Notes: a model not told the origin generated them from the sequence alone. Counted from the stretch's first letter, positions 40,621-50,999 are shown. The stretch is DNA of 55,073 bases from an uncultured Eubacterium sp. (GCA_905193765.1 CAJJPZ010000001.1:1-55073); one strand, 5' to 3'. Translations and numbers: made by a program.

Positions 40621-41916
40621 ATGAATTCAACCTTTGGAAAAAACCTGAAAATCACTATATGGGGCGGATCGCATGAACCCGAGATCGGGGTGAAGATCGA
40701 AGGCTTTCCCATCGGGACCGAGATAGATATGAACGAACTTCGCAGATTCATGAAGCGAAGGGCCCCGGGGAACAACCCTTACGCCACGAAACGCAAAGAG
40801 GCGGATGAACCGCTGCCGGTAAGCGGTCTCGTACCGAAGGGAAAGTCTTCAGGATCTGAAAACAACATATCCGGACATGATCCGGAGGTGGCAGCAGCCG
40901 GACAGCCAGACACGAAAACACAGGGAAATGCAGCCTCGCAGGACACAGCTCCACGAGATATGACCCGGAATGATTTTTCATCTCAGGAGGAATCTCAGGA
41001 CAAGGCATCGGGGCTTCAGAATATACCGATCCCAGAGATCCTCGTCACTGACTCGCCTGAGATCTCGTTCAGGATAATCAACAAAGACAGACGTTCTTCA
41101 GACTACAGCAAGCTCCGCAGCGTGCCGAGACCGGGACATGCGGACTACACCGCGCGGCTCCGCTACGGCGACGCGCTGAACATGGCGGGAGGCGGACCTT
41201 TCTCCGCCAGGATGACTGCGCCGCTCTGCATCGCAGGAGGCATAGCCCTGCAGATACTGACAAAACAGGGGATCATGGTCGGCGGACACATACTTTCCAT
41301 AGCGGACGCCAGGGACGACGCATTCTCCCCGACGGATATCGACCCGCAGCTGCTGGTGAAGCTCAGGCACGAATCCATGCCGGTGATATCATCGGCAGCC
41401 CGCGTCTCTATGGAGAGACGTATGAGGGACGCCAGGGACAGACTGGACTCTCTGGGAGGTATCATCGAAGTCTGCGCGCTGGGTCTGCCGGGAGGCATCG
41501 GAGGAGCGATGTACTCCGGCGTGGAGAGTGTGCTTGCGCCGATTCTTTTCGGGATCCCCGCCGTCAAGGGCGTCGAGTTCGGCGCCGGATTCCATTCGGC
41601 AAGGCTGGCAGGGTCCGTCAACAACGACGCATTCTACTATGACGAAGACGGCAATGTAAAGACAAAGACCAACCACCACGGCGGTATACTGGGAGGTATA
41701 ACCACAGGAATGCCGCTGATCGCAAGGGTCGCACTGAAGCCTACCCCGTCCATCGGGATCGAACAGGATTCAGTGGACCTGGACAAAAAAGAAAACACTA
41801 AACTGACAGTTACAGGAAGACATGACCCGTGTGTCGCAGTGAGAGCAGTCCCTATAGTGGAAGCTGCCGTTGCGCTGGGTCTTCTGGATTGTATATACGA
41901 TGGAGGTATCATATAA
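40621..41916 (+). CDS. aroC: Chorismate synthase with one insertion
   Basis: GGSH, RRAPG, PRPGHADY, GGGPFSARMT, IPAVKGVEFG, KPTPSI, GRHDPC. Confidence 0.95.
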   Translation: MNSTFGKNLKITIWGGSHEPEIGVKIEGFPIGTEIDMNELRRFMKRRAPGNNPYATKRKEADEPLPVSGLVPKGKSSGSENNISGHDPEVAAAGQPDTKTQGNAASQDTAPRDMTRNDFSSQEESQDKASGLQNIPIPEILVTDSPEISFRIINKDRRSSDYSKLRSVPRPGHADYTARLRYGDALNMAGGGPFSARMTAPLCIAGGIALQILTKQGIMVGGHILSIADARDDAFSPTDIDPQLLVKLRHESMPVISSAARVSMERRMRDARDRLDSLGGIIEVCALGLPGGIGGAMYSGVESVLAPILFGIPAVKGVEFGAGFHSARLAGSVNNDAFYYDEDGNVKTKTNHHGGILGGITTGMPLIARVALKPTPSIGIEQDSVDLDKKENTKLTVTGRHDPCVAVRAVPIVEAAVALGLLDCIYDGGII

Positions 41917-41917
41917 A

Positions 41918-43111
41918 ATGACAGATATGAAAAAAACAACTGACGTTAATACCGCTGAGGGCAGCACTACTGATCTCACAAAGATCAGAGAAGAGATAGA
42001 CCAGATCGATACTCAGATAGCTGACCTTTTCAACACCAGGATGCAGAAATCCCTGGAGGTTGCCGAATACAAGAAAGAACGCAAACTTCCTGTTTTCAAC
42101 AATGCCCGTGAGAAGGACATACTCCACAGGATCTCCGAGCAGATCGGTGAACCTTTTGACGGATACGCCAGAGTTGTTTTCAATACGATATTCGACGTGA
42201 GCAAATCATGCCAGTACGGCTGCCTGGACAGCAGCAATACGCTGTCGCCTAATATCAGGAAAGCGCTGGATGAAACGCCTTCACTTTTCCCTAAGAAAGC
42301 TGTCGTGGCTTGTCAGGGCGTGGCCGGTTCCTACTCCCAGGCTGCATGCGAAAAGCTGTTCGAGGCGCCGAGCATCATGCGTTTCAACAACTTCGAGGGT
42401 GTCTTCAACGCTGTGGAAAAGGGTCTGTGCCAGTACGGCATACTGCCTATCGACAACAGCTCATACGGATCGGTGACAGCTGTCTATGATCTGATGCAGA
42501 ACTACAATTTCCATATCGCCAGGAGTCTCCGTCTCAGGATTCATCACATACTGATGGCAAAGCCGGGCACTGAGCTCTCCGATATAAAGGAGATCGTTTC
42601 ACACGAACAGGCTATCGGCCAGTGCGGTGACTACCTGAAGACGCTCAAGGGAGTCAAGGTGACGATCTGCGAGAATACTGCAGTTGCTGCAAGGATGGTA
42701 TCCGAAAGCGACAGGAACGACATCGCTGCCATCTCGTCACAGGAGTGTCTGGACCTCTACGGACTGGTGCCGCTCAACGACGACATCCAGATCAGCGACA
42801 ACAACTATACACGTTTCATCTGCATTTCCAAGAACATGGAGATCTATCCGGGATCGAACAAGATCAGTCTGATCCTGTCGGTGCCGCACACACCATGCGC
42901 ACTTTACCACACCATCGCCAAGTTCGCCGCTCTCGGCATCAACCTGACGAAGCTGGAATCGAGACCTATCCCGGGCAGCGACTTCGAGTTCATGTTCTAT
43001 TTCGACATGGACGCGTCAGTCTACTCCGAGGAGCTGCTCCATGTTCTGGACGACCTGGCGAACCGCAAGGAAACCTTCGTGTTCCTGGGCTGCTACACAG
43101 AGCAGATATAA
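41918..43111 (+). CDS. pheA: Chorismate mutase/prephenate dehydratase (P-protein)
   Basis: IREEIDQID mutase domain, QGVAGSYS, SHEQAIGQC, NYTRF, ACT domain INLTKLESRP; start at ATG 41918 behind GGAGG. Confidence 0.93.
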   Translation: MTDMKKTTDVNTAEGSTTDLTKIREEIDQIDTQIADLFNTRMQKSLEVAEYKKERKLPVFNNAREKDILHRISEQIGEPFDGYARVVFNTIFDVSKSCQYGCLDSSNTLSPNIRKALDETPSLFPKKAVVACQGVAGSYSQAACEKLFEAPSIMRFNNFEGVFNAVEKGLCQYGILPIDNSSYGSVTAVYDLMQNYNFHIARSLRLRIHHILMAKPGTELSDIKEIVSHEQAIGQCGDYLKTLKGVKVTICENTAVAARMVSESDRNDIAAISSQECLDLYGLVPLNDDIQISDNNYTRFICISKNMEIYPGSNKISLILSVPHTPCALYHTIAKFAALGINLTKLESRPIPGSDFEFMFYFDMDASVYSEELLHVLDDLANRKETFVFLGCYTEQI

Positions 43112-43433
43112 GCAGGAGCTGCGTGGTGCCGGAGCAGACGGGAGCTTCAAGCCCCGGGCGTGGAGTCGTATGCAGCATTTGGCCGCGACTTGTTCTCTGC
43201 AGCACAAGCCGGCCCATGGGCAACGCGGCAGGACATGACTGCGTCACGGTCGGCATTTGGCCACGGGCTCATGCACAGTCCTGCAGAGCATAACTGCACC
43301 AGCTGCCTTGCAGCCGCAGATCCATTCTCAGCAGCAGCACTGACTCATGGGCATCACGACAGGACATGACTGCGTCACGGTCGGCTTACAGCAATGTCCC
43401 TGCTTCCTGCAGCTGCACCGGATCACATCCGAT

Positions 43434-43553
43434 GGTAGGTTTTCATGAAAAAATCGCCCATTTCTCTACCATTACAGTACTGCAGCAGTGAACGGAAGAT
43501 AATGATTTTTTCGCAGGGTAGATTTTTCATAAAAACATGCAAATTTCTCTACC
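43434..43553. repeat. GTAG-palindrome pair (half element)
   Basis: Reverse-orientation sites start at 43434 and 43517 (83 bp). Confidence 0.88.
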
Positions 43554-43788
43554 ATATGCACAGATAAATGATAACAGCAGGCCTTCCGAACCGACGGAAC
43601 GCCGGCTGTCTTCGTATAACGGCGGCTGCATCTCTGCATCAAAGCAGTGTTGACGAATCGTCATGCAAAATCAGGACTTTGCATGACCGTCAGTGCAGTG
43701 AGACTGGTATAATGTAAGCGGCAGATGCAGCACAGGTATGACCGATTTAAAATATAACAGACCGATACCAAAAGGAGGATTGATAAAT

Positions 43789-45084
43789 ATGACTTACGGA
43801 CTTATAGGAAAAACGCTGGTCCACAGCTATTCCAAGGAGATACAGGAAGCGCTGGGAAGATACACATACGATCTGATCAGCCTCAGCCCGGAGGAAATGC
43901 CGGGGTTCATAAAGTTGCGGGAATATGACGGTCTCAATGTGACTATCCCCTACAAACAGGATGTGATACCGCTATGCGATGAGATCTCGCCGCTGGCTCA
44001 GGCTATCGGCGCGGTGAACACGCTTTACTGGGAGAATCCCGAGGGAAAGACGCCCGAGGAAAGAGGCAAGCTCATCGGACACAACACCGACTACACAGGT
44101 TTTCTCTACGCAGCTTCGAGGGCCGGGATCGATTTTGCAGGAAAGAATGTGCTGATCCTGGGAACAGGCGGCACATCGCTGACTACACGAAAGGCGGCTT
44201 CGGACAAGGGTGCGGCATCCATACGCATAGCTTCACGCCATAAGGGTGCGGAGGGCGAGACGGATCATGTCATCGGCAGCACGCCGTTGAGCTTCGTCAG
44301 CTACGACGACCTGCCGGAGATCGCAGAGTCCGTGGACGTCATCATCAATGCGACGCCGGTGGGCACCTATCCGAAAAATCTCCAGAGCATCATAAGCCTC
44401 AGGGATTTCCCGAACTGCCGCGGCGCCATGGATGTGATATACAATCCGTTCAGGACTGCGCTGCTGCTTGAAGCTGAGGAGCTGGGGATCCCGTATTCCA
44501 ACGGCCTTCCGATGCTGGTGGCACAGGCTACCGCAGCTGCAGGATTTTTCCTTGGTACGCCGGGGGAATTCGAGAAAGAGAATGAACGCATAATAACCGC
44601 CATGGAAAAAGATATCCGAAACATAACTCTCATTGGCATGCCGGGCTCAGGCAAAACCACTGTGGGCAGGCATCTGGCTGAGATATCGGGCAAGAAGTTC
44701 GTGGATCTGGACGACGAGATCGTTGCGGAAGCGGGTATGAGCGTCCCCGAGATATTCCAGCGCGAGGGTGAGGAAGGTTTCAGGAAACGCGAGACTGAGG
44801 TATGCCGTCGTTTCGGAAAAGAAAACAGGCTGGTCATCGCTGCCGGCGGAGGCGCTGTGCTCAGGAAAGAGAACGTGCAGGCGCTGCGCCAGAACAGCAT
44901 CGTCATCCATGTGAAACGCCCGCTGGAACAGCTGGCCATGGACGGCAGGCCTCTCTCGAAAGACATGGACACGCTTCGCAGGATGGAGACGGAGCGCATG
45001 CCGGTCTATGAAAAGGCAGCCGATGTGACATATGAGAACACAGCCGACGGCAGTTTCGGCGAGAAACTGAAAGAGCTGATATGA
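43789..45084 (+). CDS. aroE: Shikimate dehydrogenase / shikimate kinase fusion (AroE-AroK)
   Basis: HSYS, NVTIPYK, GAVNT, HNTD, NATPVG, then GMPGSGKTT and FRKRE; ATG 43789 behind AGGAGG. Confidence 0.93.
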   Translation: MTYGLIGKTLVHSYSKEIQEALGRYTYDLISLSPEEMPGFIKLREYDGLNVTIPYKQDVIPLCDEISPLAQAIGAVNTLYWENPEGKTPEERGKLIGHNTDYTGFLYAASRAGIDFAGKNVLILGTGGTSLTTRKAASDKGAASIRIASRHKGAEGETDHVIGSTPLSFVSYDDLPEIAESVDVIINATPVGTYPKNLQSIISLRDFPNCRGAMDVIYNPFRTALLLEAEELGIPYSNGLPMLVAQATAAAGFFLGTPGEFEKENERIITAMEKDIRNITLIGMPGSGKTTVGRHLAEISGKKFVDLDDEIVAEAGMSVPEIFQREGEEGFRKRETEVCRRFGKENRLVIAAGGGAVLRKENVQALRQNSIVIHVKRPLEQLAMDGRPLSKDMDTLRRMETERMPVYEKAADVTYENTADGSFGEKLKELI

Positions 45085-45176
45085 CACCATCGCTGATTGC
45101 TTACCAGCCGCTTCGATACTATAGCAGTCGGGATCGTTATCCTATAGAGTGGTAAACTTATTTTGGACACGGAGGG

Positions 45177-45296
45177 GGTAGATTTTTGAAAAAATATCGC
45201 CAAAAACTCTACCATTTGCAGGCTCGTCGCAGCTGCGTCAATACAACAAGGAAAGCAGCAGTAGGTTTTTAGGAAAAAAGTCCCGGAAACTCTACT
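45177..45296. repeat. GTAG-palindrome pair (half element)
   Basis: Reverse-orientation sites start at 45177 and 45260 (83 bp). Confidence 0.9.
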
Positions 45297-45697
45297 GCTG
45301 TTTGTTTTTAGCAGAAGTAAAAACTGCCCGAAGCGTCCGGAGCTTTCCCATGAGGTACCCTGCCGATAGCATTTTCAAATACAATCCGGCCGTTCCCGTG
45401 AAATATTCTATGGAGGATATCTCCGAAACATGACCTTCGATATGTGTAGCGGTGCGCGGTTCGTGGTATAATACCAGTAGCATACCGGCCGGGGTGCAGG
45501 CTCCTGCCGGTCTTTGGCCTGATCTGTCCCGGACATCAATAAATGGGGCCAGTGCGGGAGGCAACAGGAGTCAGCCGTAAACCGGCGCACCTGAACGAAT
45601 CTCCCTTAAGCGGGCCGAAGAGCAGGAAAGAGCAAGGCCGTGGAACACTTTCACGGTGATTTGGTGCCGCCGGCGTGGCGGCGGAATGGAGATTTTT

Positions 45698-46399
45698 ATG
45701 AAAAAAGAAGATATGATATACAGCTGCGTGGACTGTGCAGTGACCAACTGCAACCATGAGAAGACGATGTACCCGGAGTTCTGTCCGACCGCCAGGCTCC
45801 TTAAGCAGATGGAGTCCGCCGGTGAGACCGCCCGCGATGGTTCCGGCAGCGACGAGGGCGCAGAGTTCGAAACAGATATAGATGAAGTGCTCGCACTTTA
45901 CATAGAGGACGAGGAAAACTCCAGAGTGATGAAAGCCGCCGCCGAGGTGGAGTATGAGAACTACTGCCGGATGACGCGCATTGAGGAGATCGCCGAGTTC
46001 GCCGGGAAGATCGGCGCCCGCAGGCTGGGCGTTGCCACATGTGTCGGTCTGATCTCCGAGTCCCGGGCCGCGGCGAAGTTTTTCCGTCACAAGGGGTTCG
46101 AGGTCTACGGCATTGCATGCAAAGTCGGGGCGCAGGCCAAAACCAAGGTCGGCATCGATCCCTGCTGTCAGGCGGTAGGCAAAAACATATGCAATCCGAT
46201 AATGCAGGCGAAGCTGCTGAACGAAAAAAAGACCGACCTGAATATCGTGGTCGGCCTATGCGTGGGGCATGACAGCATTTTTTATAAATATTCCGATGCG
46301 CTGTGCACCACTCTCATCACCAAGGATCGTGTGCTGGGGCACAACCCGGCGGCGGCTATCTACCAGATGAACGCCTACTACAGTAAACTGATGAAGTAG
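45698..46399 (+). CDS. DUF1847-like Cys-rich metal-binding protein
   Basis: TRIEEI, GVATCVGL, CKVG, CNPIMQA, GLCVGHDS, KDRVLGHNP. Confidence 0.8.
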   Translation: MKKEDMIYSCVDCAVTNCNHEKTMYPEFCPTARLLKQMESAGETARDGSGSDEGAEFETDIDEVLALYIEDEENSRVMKAAAEVEYENYCRMTRIEEIAEFAGKIGARRLGVATCVGLISESRAAAKFFRHKGFEVYGIACKVGAQAKTKVGIDPCCQAVGKNICNPIMQAKLLNEKKTDLNIVVGLCVGHDSIFYKYSDALCTTLITKDRVLGHNPAAAIYQMNAYYSKLMK

Positions 46400-46442
46400 G
46401 CCGGGCGGGCGCCGGGTATGAAGATATCACCGGGGCTGCTCC

Positions 46443-47372
46443 CTACAGTTCGATGATTATGGCGAACAGCGGTATGGTGATCAGCGACAGCAGTGTGGAC
46501 AGCAGCACGGCTTTCGTTGCAAAATCAGTCTCGCCCCGGTACTGGCGGCTGAAAAGCACTGTGGCCGATGCCACAGGCATGGCAAAACTCATCACCGCTA
46601 CCTTTTCCATAAGGGACATATCGCCTGCCAGCAGCTTGACAAGTATCAGCGTCATCAGCGGAACGATCATAAGCTTGACGAAACTGATCACATATACCTG
46701 CCATTCGCCCAGAAGGCTGCGGAACCTCATACCGCCCAGCTGGTACCCTATGATGAACATGGCCAGAGGCGTGGTGGCGTTACCGATCATTTCTATCGAG
46801 CTGCCCAGCAGCCCCGGCAGCCTGATGTCGGCAAGGAACAGCACCAGACCGATGACCACGCCGATCAGCCCCGGGCTCAGGAATTCCCTTGGATCCAGTT
46901 TGAAACGTCTGCCGGCTGACAGCTGTATGAGCATTATCCCAACGGTGAACATAAGCACGTCGTTCACCAGCTCCAGTATCGCCGTGAAAAACAGCGCCTC
47001 GGATCCGTACAACGCCTTTATGACCGGGATCCCGATGAACCCGGTGTTTCCGAAAATCAGAGTGAACATGGTGAGACAGCTTTTTCGCGGAGAGAGTTTC
47101 ATGACTTTCGTCAGCGGGACGCCTATGATTGCGACCGCTGCAAAGATCACAAGAGCCACCACCATCATATAACCGCTCTGTTTCAGTATTTCCATGCTGA
47201 AATCTATCTGCATGGCGTCTATCACAAGACATGGCCAAGTCAGATTCATCGCCAGCGACGTCACCGCGTCGCTCTGGTGCTCGTCAATAATATTCTTTTT
47301 CCTGAAAACGAACCCCGGGACTATCATTATAAAGATCATCGCCAGGGCGCTGAGTATCTCGCTTATCAGCAT
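46443..47372 (-). CDS. AEC (auxin efflux carrier) family transporter
   Basis: FGNTGFIGIP, GNATTPLAM, AMPVA, VLLSTLLSLITIP. Confidence 0.9.
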   Translation of the reverse strand: MLISEILSALAMIFIMIVPGFVFRKKNIIDEHQSDAVTSLAMNLTWPCLVIDAMQIDFSMEILKQSGYMMVVALVIFAAVAIIGVPLTKVMKLSPRKSCLTMFTLIFGNTGFIGIPVIKALYGSEALFFTAILELVNDVLMFTVGIMLIQLSAGRRFKLDPREFLSPGLIGVVIGLVLFLADIRLPGLLGSSIEMIGNATTPLAMFIIGYQLGGMRFRSLLGEWQVYVISFVKLMIVPLMTLILVKLLAGDMSLMEKVAVMSFAMPVASATVLFSRQYRGETDFATKAVLLSTLLSLITIPLFAIIIEL

Positions 47373-47787
47373 CCTTTACCTCCTGCAGTCGCCACCGTCA
47401 TGCCGGGTCTGTGTCCGATCCGCACGGTGAATATTATATTTCTCTCTTTCCAGTCCTTTCATGAACAGTCCTGCCGGTGATCCGGTCATGTGCCTGTCCA
47501 GCCTTCGCCTGACACTGCATGATCCTGTCGTTTCATATGTATTCACAGCAGAAAAAAAACTATAAATCCTTCTGTTTATCATTCAAAAACAGAAAAATCT
47601 ATAGCCTCTGGGCATATGTGTCTGTACGTGTTATTCGAATGTTGTTAAAATATCACATTTTGCCACGCTTGTCAATGTTAAATATCATATTATGTTATGA
47701 ATATCATTTTTTGTCGCACTGTTGGAACCCTTCGTCCTGATTCCAGGATCCGCCGCTGCATTTTGCACGGATCTGTACGGCCGGCTT

Positions 47788-48981
47788 TCAGAACCACGCT
47801 TTCATGGTCCGCAGTACGTGACGCAGCTCCTCTTCGGTGATGATATAGGGCACCATGGCGTACATGAAGTTCAGGAACGGGCGGCTGAACACGCCGCGTT
47901 CATATGCAAAATCATCAAAGCCTTTCAGGCAGTTTGCGTCATGTACTTCGATGCAGACGCATGCACCCATTATGCGGATCTCTTTGATTTCAGGAGAGGT
48001 AAAGTCTTTCATCTCGTCTTCGGTGATAGCTGTGATCCTGCTGACCTTTGCCATATAATCCTCTTCCTCAAAGAGCTGTATCGACTTGAGAGCCGCACTG
48101 CAGGCCAGCGGGTTCCCCATGAATGTTGGACCATGCATCAACGCTTTTCCCGGATCGTCGCTGTAAAAAGCGTCAAAGACTTTGTGGTTTGCCACCGTCA
48201 CTGCATGGCCGATGTGACCGCCCGTCAGAGCTTTTCCCAGAACCAGTATGTCCGGCTGCACAAGATCTGCCACGAACCGGTTCCCAGTGCGGCCAAATCC
48301 CGTCGCCACTTCATCGAAGATCAGCAGCACGCCATATTCGTCACAAAGCTCCCTGGCACGCTGCAGGAACGATACGTCATACATCAGCATCCCGGCCGCA
48401 CCCTGCAGGAGCGGCTCTACGATCATGCAGTTGAGCTCTCTGTGGTGCTTTACAAAAGCCTCTTCCAGCGCCGGTATCTCCGTCGGTACACTGACAGTGT
48501 ATTTTTTTTCACCGTACGGTTTCAGTATGAAATGGTAATCCTCGTCGTCGCCGACTTCCATGGTCTTGAATGTATCTCCGTGATAAGCGTTCTGCAGCGA
48601 CAGAACTTTTGTCCGCTTCATATCCCCCTGATTCACGTAATACTGCAGCGCCATCTTCAGCGCCACTTCAACGGCCACGCTGCCGGAGTCGGAAAAGAAA
48701 CAGTATTCCAGATCTCCCGGAAGCCAGTCCGCCAGCTTTGCAGAAAGCTGCAGCACCGGGTCGTGGCTCAGCCCTGCCATCATCACATGGGAGAATCTGT
48801 CCGCCTGATCTTTGATGGCTTTCGTGATGGCGGGATGCCTGTAACCGTGGAGGGTGCTCCACCATGACGAAGTCGCGTCGATCAGTCTGCCGTCTTCCGT
48901 GTAGAGGTATACTCCCTCTGCATCCACGACCCTGCGGGGCTGTTTCATCGTTTTCATTTGTGCGTAAGGATACCAGATCAT
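47788..48981 (-). CDS. bioA: Adenosylmethionine-8-amino-7-oxononanoate transaminase
   Basis: IWYPYAQM, SSWW, DSGSVAVEVALK, YHGDT, DEVATGFGRTG, GKALTGG, HGPTFMGNP. Confidence 0.95.
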   Translation of the reverse strand: MIWYPYAQMKTMKQPRRVVDAEGVYLYTEDGRLIDATSSWWSTLHGYRHPAITKAIKDQADRFSHVMMAGLSHDPVLQLSAKLADWLPGDLEYCFFSDSGSVAVEVALKMALQYYVNQGDMKRTKVLSLQNAYHGDTFKTMEVGDDEDYHFILKPYGEKKYTVSVPTEIPALEEAFVKHHRELNCMIVEPLLQGAAGMLMYDVSFLQRARELCDEYGVLLIFDEVATGFGRTGNRFVADLVQPDILVLGKALTGGHIGHAVTVANHKVFDAFYSDDPGKALMHGPTFMGNPLACSAALKSIQLFEEEDYMAKVSRITAITEDEMKDFTSPEIKEIRIMGACVCIEVHDANCLKGFDDFAYERGVFSRPFLNFMYAMVPYIITEEELRHVLRTMKAWF

Positions 48982-48995
48982 TGTTATTCCCTCCC

Positions 48996-50938
48996 TATAT
49001 AATCAAGTGTTTTTCCTTAAAAAATCAATGTTTTCCAAGATTGTTTACCTCGTGAATGAGCCTAATTTATGGGTTTCTCCTTGTATCTGGTACGAGAATA
49101 GAGGTTTTGGGGTATACAAAGCAGAACGTCTTTCAAATTCAATCTGCTTGGCCATCGTATGCCCCTTCCACTCTATGGCAGCGAACCTCCCGTTTCTACC
49201 AGGATCACCGTCCTTTTTCGGATGGGTCCTAACTTCCTTCGTCCCGCCTGCCCATAAACAGGGTGCCAGCTCAGCTTTCTTACAGGGTCATAGCCCTATG
49301 GAACTTATTCCTGCCGGCTACCGGCTCATTCTTTGTTTACAAGTTTTTGCTGACCTCAGTTTCCATGCAACGGCACCTTTCGGCAGACGTTTCCCGTGCA
49401 TTTTTCCTGTTGTCATCTCTTATTCGCGATTGAAACCGATTCTCTGCTTTTGCAGTTGTCCGGTTCTAATCGCGACTAGTATTAACGGTTAATTCTGTGC
49501 TCCTTTCCCTTATGCTGCCTTCAGTTCAGGGTGTTTTATGTCTCCCATCATTTTCGATGGGTTGTATTCACGCCCTGTCGTTAGGAGCATGTAGAACAGT
49601 CGCACCAGTTTACATGCTATAGCAATCAACGATTGCATCTTCTTTAATGGATTCTGTTCCCTCGTTGTATAGTAGTGATGAATCAATTTGAACTCAGAGT
49701 TATGCGCTACTACCGAGACTGCCGCCTCATACAATGTGTATCGAAGGTGCTTCCTTCCTCTGTAGCTTATGTGGCTCTCACCCTTATGCTTGCCGGATTC
49801 GTTCTTCACAATCGCAAAGCCAGCTAACTTTTGTATCTGCCGCGGATCATCGAAACGTCCGATATCTCCAACTTCTGCTATGAGGCCTGTCAAGGTCTTC
49901 ATTCCTATGCCTTTGATTGCAAGTACATTTTCTATGTACGGGATTTCGTTCATGGCCGCTTCAATCAGTTCCATCAGTTCTGTTTCGCGTTCTACATACA
50001 TCTCATAGTCTGAAAGCAGCAGTCTGATTTCTATTCTCGCCGCTTCCTTAGCTTCGTGACTTCCAACACTGTGTTTCGCCGCCTCTACCAGAGCCTTTGC
50101 CCTCTTTATTCCGACACCTCTCACTTTTGCATCTCGCCATATTTTATTCACGCCTTCAATGCTCAGTGCCGCAATGTCTTCCGGAAGAGGTGCTTGCTTC
50201 AAGATCATCAGCCCGCTTACAGCCCATATATTTCCATAAACATCTTTGTAATTCGGGAAGTATATGCTGAACCATCTCGCAATTCTATTCTTGAGCCTTG
50301 TGACCTCACTCTGTGTCTGCCGTCTCATCTCGGTAAAACTTCTAATCTCAGCGTATATCCCGTCCGGTATATACGGATGGGTATATCTGCCTTCATTCAC
50401 CAATCCTGCTATTACTTTCGGGTCCTTACGATCGTTCTTCGATGGATTGTTGTCGTCCAGTTCCTTCGACTTCTTTACATGGTGAGGATTCACATGAACC
50501 GGCTTCATGCCGTTGTCCTGAAGAAATCTGCCGAGGTTGAACCAGTAATGTCCTGTTGGCTCCATCCCGGGGATTATTTCCGTCTTGCCATGTTTCCTCT
50601 TCAACTCGTTCGCCCAGGTCAGAAACGTCTCAAACCCTTCTTCATCGTTGTTGAATGCGAGTGGCTTCGGGGAGTATTCGTAATTTCTCCAGTCAAATGC
50701 TCTTGCATAGTGCGTCTCACTGCCGACATCAATCCCGATTATTAAAGTTTTTTCAGTAATAGCTGCAATTTTTGCGTTTTGTGTGTTAAACTTCATCTTA
50801 GATACCTCTCTGTTCGATTCGAATTTGCTAACTACCGGGTCAGCAATCTTATCTTACACCGAGGTATCTTTTCTTTACACCTTCTTTCTGGGAACTTCCG
50901 TTATTTACATGTTACAGGAAGCTTTCTTTATGTATATA
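48996..50938 (-). mobile_element. IS110-family insertion sequence (~1.94 kb) between bioD and bioA
   Basis: Transposase plus lower-GC flanks; TATATA at both inferred junctions (48996-49001, 50933-50938); no long terminal inverted repeats seen. Confidence 0.8.
49510..50796 (-). CDS. IS110-family transposase (DEDD RuvC-like + Tnp20 domain)
   Basis: IGIDVG, GMEPTGHYW, KNDRKDP, IKGIG..LIAEVGDIGRF, ESG...SYRGRKHLR. Confidence 0.95.
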   Translation of the reverse strand: MKFNTQNAKIAAITEKTLIIGIDVGSETHYARAFDWRNYEYSPKPLAFNNDEEGFETFLTWANELKRKHGKTEIIPGMEPTGHYWFNLGRFLQDNGMKPVHVNPHHVKKSKELDDNNPSKNDRKDPKVIAGLVNEGRYTHPYIPDGIYAEIRSFTEMRRQTQSEVTRLKNRIARWFSIYFPNYKDVYGNIWAVSGLMILKQAPLPEDIAALSIEGVNKIWRDAKVRGVGIKRAKALVEAAKHSVGSHEAKEAARIEIRLLLSDYEMYVERETELMELIEAAMNEIPYIENVLAIKGIGMKTLTGLIAEVGDIGRFDDPRQIQKLAGFAIVKNESGKHKGESHISYRGRKHLRYTLYEAAVSVVAHNSEFKLIHHYYTTREQNPLKKMQSLIAIACKLVRLFYMLLTTGREYNPSKMMGDIKHPELKAA

Positions 50939-50999
50939 GCGTGCCGGTCTGGAACTCACCGCTCCGTTCTGCCTTGCGGATCACCTGCGGCTCCCTTTT

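Noticed and set aside
48996..49050. Promoter formed at IS110 circle junction
   Set aside because: TTGATT candidates give no -10 box at 16-18 bp after joining the ends
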